From the NCBI GenBank assembly GCA_009859145.1, contig VRVR01000019.1, forward strand, positions 301,757 to 365,756: DNA of 64,000 bases, in the 5' to 3' direction. This document shows positions 55,946 to 64,000 of the stretch, one piece after another. The notes under the pieces are model-generated. The model saw nothing but the letters and a program-made list of their open reading frames with translations, did not search any database and was not told the DNA's origin. Every line of letters begins with the position of its first letter. Position 1 is the stretch's first letter. Both the position numbers and the translations under genes were made by a program. Origin of the DNA: Andalucia godoyi And28 (lineage: Eukaryota > Protista > Jakobida).

Positions 55946-57448
55946 ATGAGCTTAAGAATTTGCGTTCTTAGCCCGTCCTACGAGGGATCAAACTCGCCGT
56001 TTGCCGAGTATGATCCTCCTTGCGATCCGTCGAAATGGATGCGTGACTGTGCAGAGTACTCCTGGGGGTTTGCCGAAATCCGAAAGGCAACGGCCGTGCA
56101 GCAAATCCGGGACCTCGTGCAGTCGAAAAAATACGATTTGTTCTTCAATTTGTGCGACGGAGCGTGGGATGAGGATCGGGCGGGCGCGGAGGTTGTCAAG
56201 GCGCTGGAAATGTTTGAGGTTCCGTTCACGGGAGCGGATTCCAAGTTTTATGAGCCGTCCAAAGAGATCATGAAGATGGTTGCTGTGTATGAAGGAGTGA
56301 AGACGCCTCGTTTTCAGTTTGCGTACACAGACGAAGAAATTGAAGAAGCTTGCGAGTGCTTGACGTTCCCCGTCATTTGCAAACACTACAATGGCTACTC
56401 TTCGGTCGGCATGACGCGGGATTCAAAATGTGCGACTGCTGCCGAATTGCGAGCTGAAGCGCGGAGAATGATTGGGTTGTTTTCCGGAGTGCTCATCGAA
56501 GAGTTCATTTCAGGCCGCGAAGCCACCGTTCTCGTTGCAGAGAATCCGGACGATCCTGATTCACCTGTCGTTTTCACACCGGTAGAATGTACATTTCCGG
56601 AGGGTGAAACGTTCAAGCATTTTGATTTGAAGTGGAAAGAGTTTGAAGGAATGATGTGGTATGCCATCAAAGAACCGAAACTTGTTGCCGATCTGGAACA
56701 GGCAGCGAGACGCATGTTCGTTGCATTAAAAGGCGTTTCGTTTGGTCGGTTGGACTTGCGCATTTGCCAGCGCACGGGGGACGCGTATTTCCTGGAGATC
56801 AATCCGAACTGCGGTGTGTTTTATCCATTCGATGCGCCATCCTCAGCGGACTCGATTCTCACCATCGACTCGGCTGGGCACAAGGGATTCATACACATGC
56901 TGATTCGCAGTGCGTTGAAGCGACATCAAAGAATTATGCAGGACAAGTCGCTGTGCACAGTCCGATATTCACCTCGTCTCGGCTACGGCCTGGTGGCAAC
57001 CCGCGACATTCATCCTGGGGAGATCGTTATCCGATACGAGGAGCGTCCACAGGTGCTTGTCAGCAAGTCCCACGTTGAAGCCCACTGGAAGGGGAAGCGC
57101 AGGGAGTGGTTCGCACAGTACTGCTACCCGGCGAATGAGGTTCTGTACTTCATGTGGGCCGATCGTCCAGAAGATTGGAAGCCGTTGAACCACTCTTGTG
57201 ATCCGAACTGCTGGATTGCTGCGCCTGCGGAAATGGATCTCGTTGCTCGAAAGTTTATTCGCAAGGGAGAGGCAATCACAGCGGATTACGCCACGTTCTG
57301 CAATGAAATCATGGCGGATTTCGAGTGCTCCTGCGGTGTGCCTGTGTGTAGAAGAATGATTCGAGGAACAGACTATTTGTCCAAGGCCATACGGCAGCAG
57401 TACAGCGACCATGTTTCATCCTACGTGTACCTGCATCCTCCCCAGTAG
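55946..57448 (+). CDS. D-Ala-D-Ala-ligase-like ATP-grasp domain fused to a SET/post-SET domain
   Basis: Start MSLRICVL. FNLCDG, PFTGA, FPVICKH..SSVG, LIEEFISGREATV, GRLDLR..YFLEINPNCG; then GYGLVATRDI.PGE, LNHSCDPN, KGEAITADY, CSCGVPVC. Confidence 0.88.
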   Translation: MSLRICVLSPSYEGSNSPFAEYDPPCDPSKWMRDCAEYSWGFAEIRKATAVQQIRDLVQSKKYDLFFNLCDGAWDEDRAGAEVVKALEMFEVPFTGADSKFYEPSKEIMKMVAVYEGVKTPRFQFAYTDEEIEEACECLTFPVICKHYNGYSSVGMTRDSKCATAAELRAEARRMIGLFSGVLIEEFISGREATVLVAENPDDPDSPVVFTPVECTFPEGETFKHFDLKWKEFEGMMWYAIKEPKLVADLEQAARRMFVALKGVSFGRLDLRICQRTGDAYFLEINPNCGVFYPFDAPSSADSILTIDSAGHKGFIHMLIRSALKRHQRIMQDKSLCTVRYSPRLGYGLVATRDIHPGEIVIRYEERPQVLVSKSHVEAHWKGKRREWFAQYCYPANEVLYFMWADRPEDWKPLNHSCDPNCWIAAPAEMDLVARKFIRKGEAITADYATFCNEIMADFECSCGVPVCRRMIRGTDYLSKAIRQQYSDHVSSYVYLHPPQ

Positions 57449-57691
57449 GTCCCTGTAGAACAATAAATCATCGATGTTTTCATGTTGCATGGCGTGTTTT
57501 CTAGTCTGGGGGCATGTTTTTTCTAGCTTTTTTTTCTAGCCCCCCTTTTATATATATATATATATATATATATTTATTTTTTTCGTTTTTTCCACCCCGG
57601 TCCAAATGCTTCAGAAAGCAAAAGACAGAAACTGGGGTTTTTTTAATCATTAAAACACATAAAAATAGGCATGTGTGTGCAAAAGAAACCA

Positions 57692-57773
57692 TGACGCCTG
57701 AGGGACTCGAACCCTCGCCTCCGAAGAGAGCAGATCCTTAGTCTACCGCCATAACCAACTCGGCCAAAGCGCC
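57692..57773 (-). tRNA. trnL-AAG: tRNA-Leu(AAG), intronless
   Basis: GGCGCTT/AGGCGTC acceptor stem, TGGCCGAGTTGG A-box, CT-AAG-GA anticodon loop, long variable arm, GGTTCGAGTCC B-box. Confidence 0.96.
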
Positions 57774-58042
57774 CGACACGTGTAGTTGGCGCTTGAGCTC
57801 CATTCCTGAACAGATTGGGGAAAAATCGATAGTCCTCCAAACGGAAAAAACGGACAATCGGAAAGGTGATTTTCGTTCTGCTTCTTTTGCTCGTTTCATT
57901 CCATTTTTTAAAAATGTTTTGTTTGTTTGTTTGTTTGAGATGCAAAAAAATAAAATAAATAATAATTTTAAATAGTAATTATTATACAGTACTTTGGAAA
58001 CGTTTCGGGAAAGCGAGCTTTCATATTCCTTGCAGCATTTTT

Positions 58043-61000
58043 ATGGACCATGAAAGACACGTTCTTCGATCGCCGTATCTATCAGCACCCTTTGTGATTT
58101 CGAGTCCCTCAGGGACGCCGAGAAAACGAAAGGAGATTTTGTCGGCGCTTTTACATTCTCTTGCGGAAGAAGACGACGCAGACCGCCGGTTCGATCCATT
58201 GCCCATTCTTCGCGAAACAGAAAAGCAGTTAATCATGAGAATGCACATTTTTTCGAGTTCTCACGAGTCATGCATTCGAGGAGCGCACGGATATGTCGTA
58301 TTGGCGATTCGGTACGCGCTGTCTATTCCGCATGAACCGTTGCTGGACTCTTGTATGGCATTGCTGGAACCTGACTGGATTCCATTCCATTTGTACTACC
58401 CAGAGTGGACGAGGCACTTTCTTCTTTCGCTCGTCCACAATGCACGATGCTTGCTGTTTCGATCTCTGTCACAAAAAACCGAGTCGCTTCAAGCTCTTAA
58501 ACTGGCGTTGACGATTGAAAGAAAATCTTTCATCTGGTCCCCATGGTCATACTTGAATCTCTCTTCGTTTCAGGCCGACTTGAAGAAGAAGTTGCATGTC
58601 ATTCATGTTGCGCTCTGCATATCGCTGTACTCGGTTTATTCGCGAACTACCGAAACCCCTCTGGAAATGCCTCCTCCGTGGACCATGAGCCGTCGGGATT
58701 TGATTACTAGCATTTCGGAGTTGGAAGGTCTTTCCGGTCTTTTTGAGGATTCCATCTCTGTTTTAGAGGAGGTTGATGAACGCCGCCAATTTGCAGAGCT
58801 CGCGAGCACGCTCTGCTTAGAGTATGTCCTCTGTGCACGATGCTTCTACGGATTGAAACAAAGATGTTTAGGCGATCGCTACCTGGAGAAGAGTAGAGTC
58901 ATCAGTTTGATGTTTGGAATCGAAGAGACTCCTTTGAATGCTGATGATGTGCTCTTTGACCTGTTTCTTATTGACGGTCGATTTGAGGTATGCGGGGCTG
59001 CGCTGAGAGCATCCCCACGAGGCATGAAGCAGTTCTTGGAGCTCCGACATATCACCCCTGGGTATTTCAAGAAAGAAGAGCGCGGATCCGAGGAATCGGA
59101 TGCTATGCGTGAAGTGCTGGGCGGAAAATCGCAGCACCGGGAGCTCAAAGCATTGCTCATGATGGTCAAGGGAGGCGATGTTGCAGAAAAGCCGTCCAGT
59201 TGGCTTTCTCCTGTACGAAAAGTGTTTAGCACCTCCTTGTCTGATATTTCTTTGTTTCTAGAGCTGGACGATACCCTGTTTGCTGCGTCCGATAGCAAGA
59301 AGCTTAGCAAGCCCAAGTTACCAAAGAGGGATTCAATATTGTCTCCACTCTCCTCGCGCCTTCAGACAATTGCCTTCCACAAAAAGGAAGAAAATCGTGA
59401 GAAGTCGAAGCGGAACAGGTTGCGATCTTCAGACACATCGGCAGCTGATCCCTGCCGATCTCCGATGTTTTTCAACGATCTAGCCGAGACGCTATCAGGT
59501 GTACGACGCTTTGGATACTCGCGGCTGCATGCAGACGTTCTCGTTCCGTATGTACAACACTGCATATTTCGGATTTCTGAGACCTTCCTTTGTCGAATGT
59601 ATTCTCGCCGACTGACAATTCGCAGAGCGCTCGTCAGAGATATCCAGCGACTTGCTCGTGGCTATTCTTGCCGAAAGGCCCTTCGAGCCCGGATGCGCGC
59701 TGTTCGTTTAATTCAATTTTTTTTTCGATTCTTTGTTTTTGCACGCAGAAGAACGCTTCGTCGGGATCGTGCAGCAGGCTTGATTGGTGCTGGGTGGAGA
59801 CGCTCCAGACAGCAGCGATCGGAGAATCCAGTGAGCTTACTGCGGTATCTTCGTTCTTGGATACAGTACTTTTTGGTGAGGACAAGATTGCAAAAGATGT
59901 TGTGCGCAGCGTCACTCATAAATCGCTGGGTTGTTTCGCATGTACGACGACGGCAGTTTTTGCTGTTCGTGAACTCGTGTCGGAAAATCCAAGCAACATT
60001 TCGCGCATGGATTCTGAGAAGACAATTTCGACAAATAATCATTGCCTGTCGTCGGATTGAAGACTTTTGGGGTGCTGTTCGAGACTGCAATGCAACCCGT
60101 CGTCGTTCTTGTTGTGCCACCAAGATTTCTGCTGCTTTCAAGGGTTTCCGCATCCGAAAGCTGCTCCACCGCATTGATATATGTGTGCGCAAGGTGCAGA
60201 TGCTTGTTCGTCGCCGACTCTGTTACAAGAGGCTCTTGTTGCGATCATCATCTGCGTGTGCAATTCAAAAATGGCTGTGTCACGTCTCTTCTTCGTGTTG
60301 TCATAAGGGGCCTGTCAATTGTCTTTTGCTACCTGATCCAATAGATCACCATGCGCCTGCGACGAAAATTCAGAATGCATGGCGCCGATATCGCTATCGA
60401 CAGTCCTTGTCCATTGTTGGGGCCTTTTTTCATGACGCAAAAATTCGACTTTCCTGTATGCATAGGGAACAATGGGAGAATGCGATTCGCGTCATTCAGG
60501 CGGCGTGGCGATCGGCGGTTGTTCGACGAAAGCTCTTCGACAAGGCGAGAGCTGCTATTTTTATTCAGAAATCATGGAGATGTTACGTTGGTCGACGGGA
60601 GTTTTTGCAGGATCGACACCGTTTTGTCGTCATTCAAAGACGGTTCCGGAGAAGGCGCTGTGGGCACGTCTTGGCGACACGCTCTCCATCGACTGCTGTC
60701 AATCCATTCCCTTCTCCGTGTGTGCCGCCAAGCTGCGGCTGCACTGCTGCGACTACTGCTGCGGCTGCCTTCAAAATCTTTTATTGCTGGAAGTCGTACG
60801 TTGTTCGTCGGACCATCGCTGTGCAGAACTCAGCTGCAAAGCGGTTGCAGACGTGGATGCTGCGGTCCGTTATACGGAATAACTTGCTGCACTTGCATCG
60901 CGTCTTGTTTTGTCTGTGGACGAGACATAAGTTCCTTCTGAAAGTCAAGTGCGCATTAAGAATCCAATCGTTCTACCGAAGATGGATTGCCAGGAAGAGG

Positions 61001-62572
61001 TATGCGCAAATTCGAAACGGATTCCGCTTGCTGCAAAACGTATGGAGATCCAAATTGGAGCGCGCAACGTGCTGCAGGAGCACGCTGTCGTTCGCAAGAT
61101 TTTGCGTCTGTTTTTCTGTTATACAAGCTCGATATCGATTTGCTCGGCTTCGAAGACGATGCATCATGTTGCAAAAGTGGTATCGACGAATTTTGGCAAC
61201 ACGGAGTGTACTGCGAGCCATCCGTAAGAAGAGCAATTCCACATTGGTGGTATGGGCGTTTTACTGCTCCCGCAAGATCGAGAAGATGCGAGGCGGTGAC
61301 CATCGTGGTCAGCTTTCGGATTCCTGTGACCATTTACATCATGGTACGTCTTTGCCAAATTGCAGTGCATCCGACGATGTCCTGTGCGCAGTGCAGGAAG
61401 TAACGACAGGTGTCGCTGACGACGCGCTGTGGCAGAGTGCAGCTTCAAGAATTCAGAAGTGCTATCGCGCACGGAAGCGCCAGCCGGCAGCCATCTCGGC
61501 TTCGACTGCAGGTTTTCTGGACTCCGAGTCGTCGATCCGCGCTTCTGCAGAGGACTCTGCGGTGCGGAACTTGTCGGTAAGGAAGCTTCAGAAAGTTGCC
61601 CGCCGCTGGCTCAAGCGCCGGGAAGACTTTGAACTTCCTTTCTCTGTGGTCGAGGAGTCTTGTGACTCGGTGTCTGAAAGAGGAATTCACGTACGTGCGA
61701 TATCCGATGTGGAAGATGGGATTCTTGTGAGTCGAGAGCAGCCACTTGATCATGAGAACCGGACAAGTCCATCCGAGCATCTTGTTGCTGCGAACGATGA
61801 TAACGTGGTGGTGCACCATGCTTCAGAGGATCGACAGTATTTCACCTCCACGTCGTCACTTCTCTCTGCAGAAGCGCTGCCCAATTCTTCGGAGATTGAT
61901 GCAGATACAGATGATGCGGGTTTAGATTGCCATGAAGACGGTGATGCCAGCATCTCACTTGCGATTTCGATGACGACGAGTCGAAATTCACTTGCCGTTG
62001 GAGAAGAGGACGTCGAGCACGGCCTGCATAGTGAGATCGAAATGCAACTCGCGCTGCCCACGCGGGAAGCGCCACCTGTCCGTGTAATTGCAGAGTCACC
62101 GTCGTCGCTTCCGTCCTCTGCTGGTACTTCAATTGTGATGGCGGCGACTGTGCTGTCTATATTTCCCGATATTGATGGAAATTCACCCTCGTGCCGACTT
62201 TCCTCTCGCGCTTCCTCTAGGGCGTATTCGAGACCGGCTTCGCGTGCGGCTTCTACTCCTTCTCATCTTTTCTATGTCCCTTCTCTCTCCAACGCTGAAT
62301 ACATCGAGAATGACCGGGAAGCCACAGAGGATTCCGCTTCGTATTCCCGCTATGATTTGCTGACTTGTGAATTAGGTCCGTTGCATTTTCTCAGATTTGG
62401 GTCGGACGACGAAGTCGATGGTGATGTTTTTGTACCTGCGGATGTGAAACTGGATCACGTTTCTCCCAACCGGGGAGCAGTGTCGCCGGAAGTTCTGAAC
62501 GATGTGCTGGGCATCCATTTCTCGTCACCTTCAAAATTCAAAGATTCGGAAGAAGTACAGAATTGTTCATAG
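58043..62572 (+). CDS. IQ-motif repeat (calmodulin-binding) protein, 1509 aa
   Basis: More than 15 IQxxxRxxxxR-like motifs (IQRLARGYSCR, IQATFRAWILR, IQNAWRRYRYR, IQKSWRCYVGR, IQSFYRRWIAR, IQKCYRARK), a helical N-terminus and an acidic C-terminus. Confidence 0.82.
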   Translation: MDHERHVLRSPYLSAPFVISSPSGTPRKRKEILSALLHSLAEEDDADRRFDPLPILRETEKQLIMRMHIFSSSHESCIRGAHGYVVLAIRYALSIPHEPLLDSCMALLEPDWIPFHLYYPEWTRHFLLSLVHNARCLLFRSLSQKTESLQALKLALTIERKSFIWSPWSYLNLSSFQADLKKKLHVIHVALCISLYSVYSRTTETPLEMPPPWTMSRRDLITSISELEGLSGLFEDSISVLEEVDERRQFAELASTLCLEYVLCARCFYGLKQRCLGDRYLEKSRVISLMFGIEETPLNADDVLFDLFLIDGRFEVCGAALRASPRGMKQFLELRHITPGYFKKEERGSEESDAMREVLGGKSQHRELKALLMMVKGGDVAEKPSSWLSPVRKVFSTSLSDISLFLELDDTLFAASDSKKLSKPKLPKRDSILSPLSSRLQTIAFHKKEENREKSKRNRLRSSDTSAADPCRSPMFFNDLAETLSGVRRFGYSRLHADVLVPYVQHCIFRISETFLCRMYSRRLTIRRALVRDIQRLARGYSCRKALRARMRAVRLIQFFFRFFVFARRRTLRRDRAAGLIGAGWRRSRQQRSENPVSLLRYLRSWIQYFLVRTRLQKMLCAASLINRWVVSHVRRRQFLLFVNSCRKIQATFRAWILRRQFRQIIIACRRIEDFWGAVRDCNATRRRSCCATKISAAFKGFRIRKLLHRIDICVRKVQMLVRRRLCYKRLLLRSSSACAIQKWLCHVSSSCCHKGPVNCLLLPDPIDHHAPATKIQNAWRRYRYRQSLSIVGAFFHDAKIRLSCMHREQWENAIRVIQAAWRSAVVRRKLFDKARAAIFIQKSWRCYVGRREFLQDRHRFVVIQRRFRRRRCGHVLATRSPSTAVNPFPSPCVPPSCGCTAATTAAAAFKIFYCWKSYVVRRTIAVQNSAAKRLQTWMLRSVIRNNLLHLHRVLFCLWTRHKFLLKVKCALRIQSFYRRWIARKRYAQIRNGFRLLQNVWRSKLERATCCRSTLSFARFCVCFSVIQARYRFARLRRRCIMLQKWYRRILATRSVLRAIRKKSNSTLVVWAFYCSRKIEKMRGGDHRGQLSDSCDHLHHGTSLPNCSASDDVLCAVQEVTTGVADDALWQSAASRIQKCYRARKRQPAAISASTAGFLDSESSIRASAEDSAVRNLSVRKLQKVARRWLKRREDFELPFSVVEESCDSVSERGIHVRAISDVEDGILVSREQPLDHENRTSPSEHLVAANDDNVVVHHASEDRQYFTSTSSLLSAEALPNSSEIDADTDDAGLDCHEDGDASISLAISMTTSRNSLAVGEEDVEHGLHSEIEMQLALPTREAPPVRVIAESPSSLPSSAGTSIVMAATVLSIFPDIDGNSPSCRLSSRASSRAYSRPASRAASTPSHLFYVPSLSNAEYIENDREATEDSASYSRYDLLTCELGPLHFLRFGSDDEVDGDVFVPADVKLDHVSPNRGAVSPEVLNDVLGIHFSSPSKFKDSEEVQNCS

Positions 62573-63680
62573 CAAAGGCTTTTGCTTTTAGATTGCGTTG
62601 ATTCAAGTTATGTAAAACCTGTTTTGCACCCCAGTGCGCTGATCATAACCACTTCCCGTGATTCCGCACAAGATTTTGGATCACCACGAAGACCGTCCTT
62701 TTCAAACTGGGGGTAAATCACAAATACGGAAAACGGTCTTTATCACTTTTTCTGAGATAAACCTGGGGACTGGTAGAATCGGGGACGGTGAGCAGTCTGG
62801 CACACGAATATCGCCTGGGGACGACGTCGTTCAGGAGTTATACGTAAAATATTCATTACCTAATTCCCGACTACAGTCGTTTTTTATCAGTATACTTTTC
62901 AACAGTGATTCCGTCCTCGCCGCTGCACCCAGTGATGGAATGTGTCACGGGGGACCTCCCATGCGTGTGGTCCGAGCCTTCTTCTGCCAGGCGAGACACT
63001 AACCACGCTCGCAGAGAAGAAACATGGAGGTGTGTCACCTGTTGCATTCCGTTGAGTTATGCAGAGTAAACAGAGCAGTGTATCCAGATTGGGTTCTTTA
63101 TTGTACCACGCGTGCTCATCGGTGGGTGCGTGTGGCGAGGGACAGCGCACACAGCTCCCGCTCCGTCTTGAGCTGGAGAGGCGCAGTGATGTTCGGCCTG
63201 TGCCCATCGGTGAAGCAGAATGGCTGGGTCTGACATCCAGAAGCTGAAGGTGTACAGCACTGATCTGCACGTTACGCACCTGAACAGAGCGGGCGTTTTG
63301 CCCTCCAGGTTTAGAGTGCTGGGACAGACAGTGCTGGAAGGCAGCGTCTGCGTTTCTGTGCTTTCTGAGAAGCAGCAGTCGAAAAACGGAGAGTCATGGC
63401 AGTCGTTCACCGCGAAGATGGCGGCAATCCTCGGGTCATTCGAACTGTCGTGTGCACCGACCGTAGTGGGTCGTGCAACGGCGACTTTTCGAGATTCGCG
63501 TTTCTCTTCTTCTTTCTTTTTGTTTGTTTGTTTGTTTGTTTTGTTTATTTGTTTTGTTTTGTTTTCTTGTGTTTTGTTTTTACTTTTGTTTGCGTATTCA
63601 ACAATAAAATAAACGTTTTGAGTTTATTTTATCAATTGGATATATTTTATCTTTCTAAAACCACCACAGTATTAATACTC

Positions 63681-64000
63681 ATGGAAAACCTGACATCCGT
63701 CGCGAAGGCTTCAACTTCTGAAGCTCCGGCCGACGTATCCTCCACCCCGTTCCTCGACAAGCTCAGCGCTGCGTCGTGGGCACGTTTCGTCTTGGACTTC
63801 GAAGCTTACTCCAGCCGCGGAGGCAAGCGTTCTGTTCTAGATCTCATTTCTTCTCCAGTCCTCCGGCTCATCTGCCTTCGCGTGAAGGATGCAATCACTC
63901 TGGAAGACGGAGAATTCCTGGATCAAGTCTCAAATTTCTTGCCCGTTGCGATTGAGCGTTTGATCGTTCAAAAAGGTCTGCATGACCACGAATCCCCATC
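63681..64000 (+). mobile_element. Partial ORF resembling an LTR-retrotransposon Gag N-terminus (runs off the right edge)
   Basis: MENLTS...LDKLSAASWARFVLDFEAYSSRGGKRSVLDLISSPVLRLIC; the F..Y..RGG..L.S..VL pattern is recalled from protist Gag-like proteins. No LTR or PBS confirmed. Confidence 0.35.

Noticed and set aside
63234-63296. Copia integrase-like GVQH*SARYAPEQSG
   Set aside because: Isolated match with a stop; no DDE context on either side.

Overview
Eukaryotic nuclear DNA (no operons, Shine-Dalgarno context or CRISPR), about 50% GC, gene-dense and almost intron-free, with short A/T-rich and microsatellite-rich spacers. It reads as a flagellated protist (C2CD3 and SSX2IP centriolar genes); a jakobid/discoban-like source is only a guess. 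Recognisable genes, in order: a partial low-complexity gene at the left edge, FANCD2, actin (one intron inside its last codon), AP-1 mu, TFIIIC large subunit, a probable RPP40, a formate/nitrite transporter with a PAS-like tail, a hypothetical protein, a PH+CLU protein, MnmM/YtqB-type methyltransferase, PLAC8, a SPRY protein, tRNA-Arg(ACG), NOP14, an MSP/VAP-like protein, an EF-hand protein, a BAR protein, C2CD3, a small SET protein, a WD40 protein, SSX2IP/ADIP, a bacterial-type organellar MutS, an ATP-grasp-SET fusion, tRNA-Leu(AAG), an IQ-repeat protein and a partial Gag-like ORF at the right edge. The most striking unannotated signal is at about 28.6-28.96 kb: a roughly 370-bp, internally deleted, frameshifted Fanzor2/IS607-TnpB relic whose 3' end keeps a well-folding omegaRNA-like multi-hairpin. 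A second, weaker Fanzor1-like N-terminal fragment lies at 35.6-36.05 kb. Family assignments come from remembered motif consensus, not from database searches.
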